Assembly: GCA_965221125.1 (NCBI GenBank)
Contig: CBDCRW010000004.1
Coordinates: forward strand, 864,001 to 928,000
Direction of reading: 5' to 3'
Origin: Alphaproteobacteria bacterium
GTDB lineage: Bacteria; Pseudomonadota; Alphaproteobacteria; UBA828
DNA: 64,000 nucleotides
Positions 27,716 to 37,438 of the stretch are shown piece after piece; the stretch's first letter is position 1, and every line of letters starts with the position of its first letter. The notes below the pieces were generated by a model. That model saw only the letters and a program-made list of their open reading frames with translations, was not told the origin of the DNA and did not search any database. The translations under genes and the position numbers were made by a program.

Positions 27716-29043
27716 CACTCGTCCTCCTTCTTGTCCTTGAGGTTGCGCATGGCCAGCGGCGAGGGCGGAGGCTCGGGCGCCGGATCTTCGGCCTCGATCT
27801 CCCTGGCCGGGTAGGTGCGCCTGACGGCGGTATTGGCGTAGGCGTCGAGAGGGCTGGCCTTGCCGGCCGGCTTGCCGTCATGGACCACGTCGAGAGGGCG
27901 CGAGGGCGGCGCGGCCGGGTCGTAGCGCAGGATGACGTTCTGACCCACCAGGAGGGCGTCGACCTCGTAGACGCGGCCGTTCAGACTAACGGTGCGGTCC
28001 TTGTAGACACGGCGCCTGGCCTCGAAGAGGAACAGATCGTCGAGGTCCATGGTGGCGTCGGGATAGCGCACGCCGGCCGAGGCCAGCGCCCACTGCTCAA
28101 GCGGGGTGCGCCCCTCGTCGAGGCCACGATGCGGGCTGTTGTGATACTCCCCCTCGATCCAGGCCCAGAGGCTGCGGTTGAGCGCCTCCAGGCTGTCGAC
28201 GTCATCGCCGAGGTGGCGGAGCCAGCCGGCCCGGAGGGTGCGGAAGAAGCGCTCGATCTTACCCTTTCCCGCTGGCTGGAACGCCCTTGCGTGAATCAAC
28301 GCAACGCCGAGCCTGGCGCAGACCAGGGAGAGATGACGGGAGCGGTAGGCGCTTCCGTTGTCGACGTACAAGCGGGCCGGGAGGCCGCGCCGGATCAGCG
28401 CGTCCTTGAACACCGGCAGGAACGCCGCAGTGTTCTCCGCCATGGCGAAGGCGGCGAACGGGATGACGCGGGTGGCGTCGTCGATGAAGGCGATCAGGTA
28501 GGTCTTGCGCCGGGTTCGGCCGTGCCGGACCTTGGGTCCGTGCATGACGTCGCTCATCCACATCTCGCCGGCATGCCGGAAGGCGAAGCGGCGGCGATCC
28601 GCCCCGTCGGGCGGCTTCTTGTCGAACAGGCCCTCGCGGCTGAAGAGGCGGTGCACGGTGGACGAGGCGAGCGGGTGGTCGATACCCTCCTCCTTGACCT
28701 TCTGGATGATGGCGCGAACCGACAATGCGTCGTTCTCGGTCTTCAGCGCGATGAGGCGCTCGGCGACCTCGGGCGGCAGCCGCCGGGGCTTCCCCCGGTC
28801 GGTGCGGGGCTTGGGGTAGAGCGCGTCGAAGCCGCCGTAGCGGTAGTCCTTGATCCAGCGCCGCATGGTCTCGGCGGCGACCCGGGTCCTGGTGGTTCCG
28901 GGGATCGTGTAGGTCTTCTCGGCTTTGGCGCGCATCATCGCGCCGGCACCCGGTGCACCCACGGGCAGATGCACCAGATCGGCGATGACGTCGTATCGGA
29001 AGAGCGCGATCTGTTGGCGAAGGTCGTCGTCTGAGCTGTTCAT
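27715..29043 (-). CDS. DDE-type integrase/transposase (rve core plus Mu-type C-terminal domain)
   Basis: WMSD, IDDATR, YVDNGSAY, KGKIERFFRT catalytic D-D-E; N-terminal HTH. Confidence 0.93.
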   Translation of the reverse strand: MNSSDDDLRQQIALFRYDVIADLVHLPVGAPGAGAMMRAKAEKTYTIPGTTRTRVAAETMRRWIKDYRYGGFDALYPKPRTDRGKPRRLPPEVAERLIALKTENDALSVRAIIQKVKEEGIDHPLASSTVHRLFSREGLFDKKPPDGADRRRFAFRHAGEMWMSDVMHGPKVRHGRTRRKTYLIAFIDDATRVIPFAAFAMAENTAAFLPVFKDALIRRGLPARLYVDNGSAYRSRHLSLVCARLGVALIHARAFQPAGKGKIERFFRTLRAGWLRHLGDDVDSLEALNRSLWAWIEGEYHNSPHRGLDEGRTPLEQWALASAGVRYPDATMDLDDLFLFEARRRVYKDRTVSLNGRVYEVDALLVGQNVILRYDPAAPPSRPLDVVHDGKPAGKASPLDAYANTAVRRTYPAREIEAEDPAPEPPPSPLAMRNLKDKKEDE

Positions 29044-29088
29044 GGTGCGATCCTCGTTCAGGGACTCCCTGGCCCCGGGATCGTCACG

Positions 29089-29724
29089 CTACGAACTCTC
29101 CGGCGGCGGGTCCGGCCCCGCCCGTTGTTGGAACTGCGGTTTGCGATTCCCCACGTCGATGCCGTGGGGTTGGAAGCCCAGAGGCGCGGGTAGCGTCCGG
29201 AGCTGCCCGGCGACCAGGCCGCGCAGTTCCATCAACGCGCTGTCGCTCTTCAGACGCTCGCGCACCGCGCTCATGGTGGGCGCGCAGCCCGCGAGCAGGT
29301 CGGGGATCAGGCCGATGACGCGCACAAGCGCGTCGTGCACAAGCTTCAGCCTGCGGCGGATCCAACGCACGGCGCCGGGAAGCTCGATGGCGTCCTCGTC
29401 CTCGGGGCAGCGCACCTCGTCCGCTGCCTCCTCCAGGCTGCCGGCCTCCTCCGCCACGACAACAACCGCTTCCAGCGCATCGAGCGTGCCCGGCAGCCGC
29501 GCCGCCAGACAGTCGGCCAGCAGGCCGATGGTCGTATGGCTCTCACGGCAATACCAGCGAGGAACCCTTGCGCCGGGCGGGGTCTTCCGCTCGTAGGTGC
29601 CGTGGCTTGCCACAGAACATCCGCCGTGCGGGTGATTCGGGCAGCGCTCAAGCCTTGCGTCGCGCCACGCCTCGGTCTTAACGTATTCCTCGCTGGTGAG
29701 CCCCGTTTCGTAGCGAAGCTGCAC
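29089..29724 (-). CDS. Transposon-associated Cys/His-rich protein (DUF6431-like)
   Basis: CP.H...C...HG.YERK...R.YC...H.T..LL; first gene of the transposon operon. Confidence 0.65.
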   Translation of the reverse strand: MQLRYETGLTSEEYVKTEAWRDARLERCPNHPHGGCSVASHGTYERKTPPGARVPRWYCRESHTTIGLLADCLAARLPGTLDALEAVVVVAEEAGSLEEAADEVRCPEDEDAIELPGAVRWIRRRLKLVHDALVRVIGLIPDLLAGCAPTMSAVRERLKSDSALMELRGLVAGQLRTLPAPLGFQPHGIDVGNRKPQFQQRAGPDPPPESS

Positions 29725-29813
29725 CGGCCCTGGCCCGGCGGGAGTTCCGTCCCCCGGGCCTCTCTTTGTCGTTCAGTGAGAGGCCAAGATTACGGACGCT
29801 CCCCGCCGCCGCC

Positions 29814-29947
29814 AAGCTGTGGAGCCGTGGACGCGTCCTGCGGACCGATCGGCGTCCTGCGGACCGTGTGGACAGCCCGTGGACAAGCTGGCGCTTGCCC
29901 ACCGCCTGACCACACTCGCCGATCTCGCGCCCACCGCTCCACAGCTT
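29814..29947. other. Structured element (nested hairpins) in the transposon leader
   Basis: AAGCTGTGGAGC (29814-29825) pairs with GCTCCACAGCTT (29936-29947); internal long hairpin; 15-bp direct repeat GCGTCCTGCGGACCG x2. Confidence 0.6.
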
Positions 29948-30093
29948 CAACAGCAATGAGGATTCTGCTGAGGATCAAAAAAATGCCGCAGGCAGCGTCC
30001 TTCCCGCACTCGGCCACCATCCCGGGAAATCCACCAACCAATCAAAGTGAGAAAAAAACCCGTGCTTCTATCCGGCTAGACCGGAAAACAACA

Positions 30094-30604
30094 ACTGGCG
30101 TGGCAAGGACCCACAGACGCGTGTCCATTCCTATCGAGTGTTCGCGGACATCGACGTACGAGTAACCCAGCCCATGGACGTGTGTGATGGCTGAAACATC
30201 GTAGTGAACATCGGCGAGACCGGCGATGCGCCAGCGACGCCGGAAGTTGAAGCAACTCACGAGATGCGCGCCGTCTACGGTGGCTGTTCCAACAGCTTCC
30301 ACATTGTCGTAGCCGTGAACGTACCGCAGGTGCGCCAAGTCTACCGAGTTCTCCGTCGTCTCCTGAGGATGGCCGGCGAATCGGAAGGTCCGAGTTTCCA
30401 TGCCGCTCCACTCGCCTCCGCCCTCCGGCCCTTTCGGAAGGTCCCATTGCGGCGGGCGTCCATCGATGCCCCACCAGGCGAAAACCAGGCCGGCAATCTC
30501 CCGTGTCTCGAAGACGTTCAGCCTTGTGGACTTGGGCGGCTCAGCAAAGGGAGTCGCGACACAAGCACCGGCGGCATTGTAGGCGAAGCCGTGAAAGGGA
30601 CAGA
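30094..30604 (-). pseudogene. Rieske oxygenase, middle fragment
   Basis: CPFHGFAY...GLVFAWW...ENSVDLAHLRYVHG (mononuclear Fe ligands)...LWVLATP. Confidence 0.9.
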
Positions 30605-32057
30605 GGTTGTGTCCCCAGACGTGGTGTAGGAGCTCCCGCTACCCCCGGTAGCTGTGGGTAACCGGCTTGGCGCCGCGACCGCCCTCGAGTCTGGTGGCGC
30701 CAAGCCGGTTATCCACAGCGGGGTGGCCATCGCGGTTCCGGTTTAGGGTTTGGGTGAATCCGAATCGACCCGAGCCTAAGGAGAACCACGATGACCGATG
30801 ACAAGCTTACCCTGCGGACGCTGTTGGAGAAGAGCTCTGACGCCGATCTGCTGCGTGAGATGATCGCCTTCTCTGCGCAGCGCCTTATGGAGCTGGAAGT
30901 CGAGGGCCTGACCGGCGCCGAGCATGGCGCGCGGACGCCGGAGCGGATCAACCAGCGCAACGGCTACCGCGATCGGCCTTGGGAGACCCGGGCCGGCACG
31001 GTCGACCTGAAGATTCCGAAGCTCAGGAAGGGGAGCTACTTCCCCGGCTTCCTGGAGCCCCGACGGACGGCGGAGAAGGCGCTCACGGCGGTGATCCAGG
31101 AGGCCTACATCCAGGGGGTATCGACCCGCTCGGTCGACGAACTGGTTCAGGCCATGGGCATGAGCGGGATATCGAAGAGCCAGGTCTCGCGCCTTTGCGG
31201 GGAGATAGACGACAAGATCCGCAGCTTCCTCGACCGCCCGCTCGAAGGCGACTGGCCCTATCTCTGGCTGGATGCGACTTACGTGAAGGTGCGCGAGGCC
31301 GGGCGCATCGTCCCGGTCGCGGTCACCGTGGCCGTCGCGGTCAACGACCAGGGCCGGCGCGAGATCCTCGGCATGGCGATCGGCGCCTCCGAGGCCGAGA
31401 CCTTCTGGACCGAGTTCCTGCGCTCGCTGACCAGGCGCGGCCTGCGCGGCGTGCAGCTGGTGATCTCCGACGACCACAAGGGCCTGAAGGCCGCCACCAC
31501 CCGGATCCTCGGCGCCACCTGGCAGAGATGCCGCGTCCACTTCATGCGCAACCTGCTGGCCCATGCCGGCAAGCAGGGCCGGCGCGTCGTCTCCGCCTTC
31601 GTCGCCACCGCCTTCGCCCAGGACGATGCCGAGGCCGCTGCCGCCCAGTGGCGCCTGATCGCCGACCAGCTCAGGCCCAAGGCCTCCAAGCTGGCGGCCC
31701 TCATGGACGAGGCCCAGCACGACGTCCTCGCCTACATGAGCTTCCCCAAGGAGCACCGGGTCAAGCTTCACTCGACCAACCCGCTCGAACGCGTCAACGG
31801 CGAGATCAAGCGACGCACCAACGTCGTCGGCATCTTCCCCAACGAGGACGCCATCACCCGCCTCGTCGGCGCCGTGCTGCTCGAGCAGAACGACGAATGG
31901 ACCGTCGGAAGGAGGTACATGACGCTGGAATCGATCGCTCCCCTGAGCGACAATCCCACGATCAAGCTGTCCGCTGTGGCAGCCTGAATAACCCGGCCCT
32001 ACCCGCCGGATGCCGCGTAAAGCGCGACGCTCTTACACCACTCCTCGGGACACGATC
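30605..32057 (+). mobile_element. IS256-family insertion sequence (1453 bp)
   Basis: Imperfect TIRs GGTTGTGTCCCCAGACGTGGTGTA and (rc) GATCGTGTCCCGAGGAGTGGTGTA; 8-bp TSD GGGACAGA/GTGACAGA with one mismatch. Confidence 0.92.
30791..31987 (+). CDS. IS256 family transposase
   Basis: RNGYRDR.W.TRAG..L.IPKLR.GSYFP, WLDATY.K, ISDDH.GL, WQRC.VHF.RN, STNPLER.N.EIKRRT. Confidence 0.96.
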   Translation: MTDDKLTLRTLLEKSSDADLLREMIAFSAQRLMELEVEGLTGAEHGARTPERINQRNGYRDRPWETRAGTVDLKIPKLRKGSYFPGFLEPRRTAEKALTAVIQEAYIQGVSTRSVDELVQAMGMSGISKSQVSRLCGEIDDKIRSFLDRPLEGDWPYLWLDATYVKVREAGRIVPVAVTVAVAVNDQGRREILGMAIGASEAETFWTEFLRSLTRRGLRGVQLVISDDHKGLKAATTRILGATWQRCRVHFMRNLLAHAGKQGRRVVSAFVATAFAQDDAEAAAAQWRLIADQLRPKASKLAALMDEAQHDVLAYMSFPKEHRVKLHSTNPLERVNGEIKRRTNVVGIFPNEDAITRLVGAVLLEQNDEWTVGRRYMTLESIAPLSDNPTIKLSAVAA

Positions 32058-32351
32058 GTGACAGACGAGAAGGCCGCCCTGCACGCGCCCGCCCACGTCT
32101 GGTCCCAGGGAAGAGCCCAGGTGAGGACATACCGACCGGGCGACGCAAATGGCTCCCTCGTCGTCGCACCAGACAACGATTTCCTGACCGAGCCACTGCT
32201 TCTGTATCAGCGTCCGCTTCACAATGGAGCGACGGTCAGCAACGAAATACCACCCCTCGGGAAACGGATGGAGAGCCGGCTCAGCGCCGACCACGTCGCC
32301 CTTGTCGGCCGGGTCGTGCCAAGCGTCTTGCAGGACATGAAGCTTTTGCAT
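32058..32351 (-). pseudogene. Rieske oxygenase, 5' fragment
   Basis: PFPEGWYFVA...CPHLGSSLG...GLLVC, cut by IS256 inside the second Rieske CxxH motif. Confidence 0.9.
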
Positions 32352-32718
32352 GGCAGGCTCGGTCAGGCCGGAATGCGGGTCGGCACGGGTTCACTGAACG
32401 CAAACCCAACCCATGTCGTGCCGGACTATTGTGAGACCTAAGCAAGCCTGTAGCCAAGGCAAGGGGAATTTTCAATCGGAATCGTACGCTATCGCGGCCC
32501 ATGCCGCTCAAGTCCGAGAGGTGCCGACATTGTCTGATGTCCGGGAGCTTACGCCTGCGCGCTGAAACCGTTGGCGTCCACGCGGCCCGCGACTTGCCGG
32601 CTGCTGTTGGACCGCCGGCGGTGCATCGGTTATGAGAGGCGCAGCGACGGGAACGCAAACCCGCTCCGGACGTGGACGTTCAGCGCTCCAACGGGCCGGC
32701 GCGGCAAGGGAGAACACG

Positions 32719-33363
32719 ATGGAAGTTATCGCTGATCCGATCACTGTGAATTGCCGCAAGGTCCTCGCCGGCCTCAAGCTGATCGGCGCCGACTACACGC
32801 TGACCAAGGTCGACTATTTCGCGGGCGAGCAGAAGGGCGAGGCGGTCGTGGCGCTCAATCCGAATGCCGCGATCCCGGTGCTGCGCGATGGCGACCTGGT
32901 CCTCTGGGAATCGAACGCGATGCTGCAGTACGCCGCCGACAAGACGGGCAACGCGTCCGCTTACCCCACCGACCTCAAGGCTAGGGCAGACGTGAACCGC
33001 TGGCTGCTCTGGGAGTGCGGCGCCTGGTTCCCGACCTGCTACATCCATCTGGTCGAGAACTGCGTGAAGCCGCTTCTGGGCGCCGAGACGGACCAGGCCG
33101 TGCTCGACGGCGAGGCGCCGAACTTCCACAAGCTGGCTGGCATCATGGATGCACGCCTGGGCGAGAGCGCCTACCTCTGCGGCGATCAGCCGACCATCGC
33201 CGACGTCGCGTTGGCGGCGCCCATGCACCTCCACGCCTGGGCGAAACTGCCGCTCGACGACCACGCCAACGTCCGGCGCTGGATGACGGAGGGGATCGAG
33301 ACGCAGCCCTGGTGGAAGGCCACGCATGTGGGCGAGGGCTTCGTAGCCTCCGAGGCGGCCTGA
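32719..33363 (+). CDS. Glutathione S-transferase family protein
   Basis: NCRKV, LNPNAAIPVL.DGDLVLWESNA, YLCGDQPTIAD. Confidence 0.92.
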   Translation: MEVIADPITVNCRKVLAGLKLIGADYTLTKVDYFAGEQKGEAVVALNPNAAIPVLRDGDLVLWESNAMLQYAADKTGNASAYPTDLKARADVNRWLLWECGAWFPTCYIHLVENCVKPLLGAETDQAVLDGEAPNFHKLAGIMDARLGESAYLCGDQPTIADVALAAPMHLHAWAKLPLDDHANVRRWMTEGIETQPWWKATHVGEGFVASEAA

Positions 33364-33421
33364 ACACGGCAGCGCGCAATCCCGGCTCCGCTGAACGCTT
33401 CGGAGCCGGACGGAGGCTAGG

Positions 33422-34189
33422 TTGGCCGAGAAGGACCTTTCCGGGCGCGTCGCCCTGGTGACAGGCGGCTCGCGCGGCATCGGCCGCGCGATCTGCCGGC
33501 GGTTGGCGCGAGCGGGCGCATGGGTGGCGATCAACTACGCGACCAACGAGGAGGCCGCGGCGGAAACGCTGGCGCAGGTCAGGGCCGAGGGCGGCGAGGG
33601 CGGCGTCTACGGGGCCGATGTCTCGTCCTTCGAGGCGACCGACGAAATGTTCGGACGCATTGAGGCCGACCGGGGCGCCGTCGACCTCCTCGTCACCAAC
33701 GCCGGCATCGCCTCGTTCGAGGACGATGTCGACATGCCGGTCGACCTCTGGCGGCGCATCCTCTCGGTCAACCTGGACGGCACCTTTCACTGCGTGTGGC
33801 GCGCCAAGGCGGGCATGCAGGCGCAGGGCGACGGGCGCATCGTCTGCATCTCCTCGATCAACGGCCTGGCCCCGACCGTGATCCAGCGGGACAGGCTGAT
33901 CGCCTACGGCACGTCGAAGTCCGCCATCATCGGCTTCTCGCGCAACTGCGCGGTCGCGTTCGGGCCGGCCATCCGTGTCAACTGCGTGGCGCCTGGCCTG
34001 ACCGACACGGATTTGACGAGCGAGATGAGCGACGAGGTGCGCGCGCGCATCATCGCGAACACCCCCGCGGGCCGGACCGGCAAACCCGAGGATATTGCCG
34101 AACTCACCTACTTCCTGCTGAGCGACGCGGCAGGCTTCATCACGGGCCAGACCTACGTCGCCTCCGGCGGCCTGGTCACGCTGCCCTGA
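33422..34189 (+). CDS. SDR family oxidoreductase (FabG-like)
   Basis: VTGGSRGIG, TNAG, YGTSK, VNCVAPG; TTG start after GGAGG. Confidence 0.9.
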   Translation: MAEKDLSGRVALVTGGSRGIGRAICRRLARAGAWVAINYATNEEAAAETLAQVRAEGGEGGVYGADVSSFEATDEMFGRIEADRGAVDLLVTNAGIASFEDDVDMPVDLWRRILSVNLDGTFHCVWRAKAGMQAQGDGRIVCISSINGLAPTVIQRDRLIAYGTSKSAIIGFSRNCAVAFGPAIRVNCVAPGLTDTDLTSEMSDEVRARIIANTPAGRTGKPEDIAELTYFLLSDAAGFITGQTYVASGGLVTLP

Positions 34190-34295
34190 CGGGCCGGGGA
34201 GTTCGGAACGGCGGGCACCGAAGGATGGCCGAGGATGCCTTGACGGGGTCATCCGGTTTACCGCACCCTCACGAGCGATCCCCGCAGGAGACGCG

Positions 34296-35360
34296 ATGAT
34301 GGATGCGGTGCGGAGCTTCCTCGATTCGACCGATCTCATGGGCAACGGCCCGGCGCTCGCCGAGCGGCTCCGGCGCGACGGTTACCTCTTCCTGCGCGGG
34401 CTGCTGCCACGCGAGGCCGTGCTGGAGGTCCGCCTCCGTCTCCTGGAGAAGGCGGCGGCCGGGGGCTGGCTCGACCCGGAGCGTCCCCCCGAGGACGGCA
34501 TCGCCAACCCCGCTGCGGCCTGCAAGGACCCCGAGGAACGCTACATGCAGGTGTTCCGCGGCATATGGGCCGACGAGGCGCTGCACCGGCTGAGGACCCA
34601 TCCGCGCGTGCTCGCGCTCTTCGACGGGATGTTCGGCGAGCCGGCGCTCGCGCATCCGATGTTCGTGCAACGCAACATCTTCCCGCAGAGCGAGAGCTTC
34701 GATTTCACCACCGGCGAGCATCAGGACAAGGTCCACATCGGCGGCGCCACCAGCCACGCCATGTGGGTCCCGCTCGGCGATTGCCCGCGGGAGAAGGGCG
34801 CGTTGGCCGTGGCGGCCGGCTCGCACCGGGCGGGCGTGCTCGAGACCAAGGTGGGCGGCGGCGCTGGCGGCATGGACATCTGCGTGCCAATCCCCGGCGA
34901 ATGGGTCAGCGGCTCCTTCGAGGCGGGCGACGTGCTGATCTTCTCCGACACCACCGTGCATCGCGCGCTGCCCAACCGCTCGACCCAGCTACGGCAGTCC
35001 TTCGATGCCCGCTACCAGCCGGCAAGCCAACCCGTCGCCGAGACCAACATGGGCCCCTACTCTGGTTGTGGCACGTGGGAGGAGGTCTACGCGGGATGGT
35101 CCTCCGACGATCAGAAATACTACTGGGAGGCGCTCTCCCCCACCGTCGTGCCCTTCGACCGCAGCTACTACGAACGGCGCGACCGGATGGCCTTCGCCAT
35201 GGCCGAGAGCGGCGACGTGGAGGCGCGCGACACGCTGCTGCGTATCGCGCAGCGCGATCCCGACGCGGCGAAGCGTGAGCGCGCGGAAGAACTGCTGCGC
35301 CAGCTCGATACGGGAGCGGCCCCGGTGCAGGGCAGCGAGACCCTCAGCGCATCGGCCTGA
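34296..35360 (+). CDS. Phytanoyl-CoA dioxygenase (PhyH) family Fe(II)/2OG enzyme
   Basis: DGYLFLRGLL, HQD, WVPLGD, GSH, GDVLIF...VHRA.PN...R.SFDARY. Confidence 0.88.
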   Translation: MMDAVRSFLDSTDLMGNGPALAERLRRDGYLFLRGLLPREAVLEVRLRLLEKAAAGGWLDPERPPEDGIANPAAACKDPEERYMQVFRGIWADEALHRLRTHPRVLALFDGMFGEPALAHPMFVQRNIFPQSESFDFTTGEHQDKVHIGGATSHAMWVPLGDCPREKGALAVAAGSHRAGVLETKVGGGAGGMDICVPIPGEWVSGSFEAGDVLIFSDTTVHRALPNRSTQLRQSFDARYQPASQPVAETNMGPYSGCGTWEEVYAGWSSDDQKYYWEALSPTVVPFDRSYYERRDRMAFAMAESGDVEARDTLLRIAQRDPDAAKRERAEELLRQLDTGAAPVQGSETLSASA

Positions 35361-35381
35361 ACGTCAGTCGCCAACGCCCGC

Positions 35382-36293
35382 TCAGACGACGCGTTTTCTG
35401 GGATCGACCACCAGCCGCAGCCCGTCGCCGATCCAGGCGAACGCGAGCGCGACGATGATGATCGCGACCCCCGGCAGCAGCGAGATGTGGGGCGAGGAGT
35501 CGAGCACCGGCGCGCCGTCGGCGGTCATGATGCCCCAGTCGGCCGTCGGCGGCTGGATGCCGATCCCGAGGAAGCTGAAGCCCGCGCCGATAACGATCAT
35601 CGCCCCCACGATCGTCGTCGAATAGACGAGAAGGGAGCCGAGCACGTTCGGCAGAACCTCGCGGGACATGATCTGCAGCGTGCTGCTGCCGCTCACCCGC
35701 GCCGCCGTCACGAACGGCTTTTGGCGCATGAGCGAGGTCTCGGTGTAAACCAGCCTCGCCATGAAGGGCAGCTCGATGATGACGATTGCCAGCATGACGT
35801 TCATCATGCCGTCGCCCAGCACGCTGACGATCGCGAGCCCCAGCAGCACCATCGGGAAGGCGAGGAAGACGTCCAGCAGGCGCATGATGCCTTCGCCCAC
35901 CCAGCCCAGGTGGTAGCCGGCGATCACGCCGAGCGGCACGCTGATGACGAAGGCGAGAACCGTCGGCACGATACCGATGAGGAGCGACATCCTGGCGCCC
36001 CACATGAGGCGGGTCAGGATGTCGCGCCCCTGCCCGTCGGTGCCGAGGATGTGCCCGTCCACCAGCGGAGGCAGCAGGCGGTCGGCGCCGACGCCCGCGG
36101 TCGGCAAGTAGGGGCTGATCCACGGCGCGAAAATGGCGATCAGCCCGACGAGAACAACGATGGCGAGACCGACGACTGCGAGGCGCTCGGACGCGTACGC
36201 GCGCCATGCCTGGCGCGCGCCGTCGCGCCACGAGGGCTCTCCGGCCGGCGCCTTCGGCGGCGCGTCAGTGACCAGTGCATGGAGCCATTTCAT
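35382..36293 (-). CDS. Peptide/nickel ABC transporter permease (DppC-like)
   Basis: HILGTDGQGRDIL.RL..GAR.SL, FSFLGIGIQPP.ADWG, GDGLR..DP. Confidence 0.92.
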   Translation of the reverse strand: MKWLHALVTDAPPKAPAGEPSWRDGARQAWRAYASERLAVVGLAIVVLVGLIAIFAPWISPYLPTAGVGADRLLPPLVDGHILGTDGQGRDILTRLMWGARMSLLIGIVPTVLAFVISVPLGVIAGYHLGWVGEGIMRLLDVFLAFPMVLLGLAIVSVLGDGMMNVMLAIVIIELPFMARLVYTETSLMRQKPFVTAARVSGSSTLQIMSREVLPNVLGSLLVYSTTIVGAMIVIGAGFSFLGIGIQPPTADWGIMTADGAPVLDSSPHISLLPGVAIIIVALAFAWIGDGLRLVVDPRKRVV

Positions 36294-36308
36294 CGACAGG
36301 CCCCGCCG

Positions 36309-37265
36309 TCACATCGTTTCCCGCCGCCTCGGGTCGAGGCTGGCGGTGGCCACGTCGGCGGCGAGATTGGCGAGGACGAAGAGCGCGCCGACGACGAGAA
36401 TCCCGCCGAGTGCCACGGGGATGTCCCGCGCGGAGACGGCGTCGTAGATCAGGCGCCCGATGCCGGGCCAGCTGAAGATGACCTCCGTGAAGATGGCGCC
36501 GCTGAACAGCCAGCCGATCTGCAGGCCGGACACGTTGACCGTGATGGGCAGAATGTTCCGCATTGCATGGCGCCAGATTCGCCTGCGCATGGGAATACCG
36601 CGTGCCACCAGGGCCTGCATGAACGGCGCCTCGAGTGTCTCCAGCAGCGACGCCCGAATGACGCGCGCCAGGATCGTCGTGGAGATGGAGGCCGTGGTGA
36701 TCGCCGGCAGCACGAGGTGAACCAGGATCGACAGCGTTCGGTTGCTGTCGTGGAAGGAATACATGCGGCTCGCGGGCAGGACATCGAGAACCAGCGCGAA
36801 CAGGTAGATGAGCAAGAGGCCGAACCAGAAGATCGGCACCATGCCGAGCACGATGATGATGCCCATGCCGATGCGGTCGAACAGGCTACGCTCTCTCAGC
36901 GCAGCAACGATGCCGAGCGGGATGCCGACGCTGAACATGACGACGGCGCTGCCGACGAGCAGGATGATGGAGTTCAGCGCCTTGTCGAGAATGAGCCTGG
37001 AAACGGGCTGGTCGAAGCGGGCGGATTGCCCCAGGTCGCCCTGCAGCAGGTCTCCAAGCCACACGAAGTACTGGATGTAGGCGGGGCGATCGAGGCCGAG
37101 ATAGCTCCGCATCCTGGCGACCGCTTCGGGGTTGCCGGCCTGGCTTCCCAGCAGGCTGATCGCCGCGTCTCCCGGCAACGCCTGAAACAGGATGAAGATG
37201 AGGACGGTGACGCCCCAGAGGGTGAAGAGCGCCAGCACCGTTCGCTTTGCCAGGAATCGAACCAA
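36309..37265 (-). CDS. Peptide/nickel ABC transporter permease (DppB-like)
   Basis: PGDAA, GLDRP..QYF.WL..LLQGDLGQS, HLVLPA, EVIFSWPGIG. Confidence 0.92.
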   Translation of the reverse strand: MVRFLAKRTVLALFTLWGVTVLIFILFQALPGDAAISLLGSQAGNPEAVARMRSYLGLDRPAYIQYFVWLGDLLQGDLGQSARFDQPVSRLILDKALNSIILLVGSAVVMFSVGIPLGIVAALRERSLFDRIGMGIIIVLGMVPIFWFGLLLIYLFALVLDVLPASRMYSFHDSNRTLSILVHLVLPAITTASISTTILARVIRASLLETLEAPFMQALVARGIPMRRRIWRHAMRNILPITVNVSGLQIGWLFSGAIFTEVIFSWPGIGRLIYDAVSARDIPVALGGILVVGALFVLANLAADVATASLDPRRRETM

Positions 37266-37438
37266 GACGGTTCCCTCTGCGGGGCCGTGCCGGAACCAGG
37301 AGAGTGCCGCGTCGCCGCTCCCCGAAGGAAGGGCGCGGGTCGAGCCGGTCCGCCCGATGGCGATCGATGGCCTCAGGTTCGCCGGCTCGACCCGCTGCTA
37401 CGTCACCTCTCCTTGGCTTCCGCGTCTCGCCTGTGCGC

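Larger units (their letters stand above)
25473..30093 (-). mobile_element. 4621-bp DDE transposon with TGTTGTTT...AAACAACA ends and 5-bp TSD ACTGG (Mu/Tn7/Tn552-type)
   Basis: ACTGG at 25468-25472 and 30094-30098; removing the element restores the Rieske ORF; subterminal repeats TCCCAGATT x2 and TTATTTGACG x2. Confidence 0.92.
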
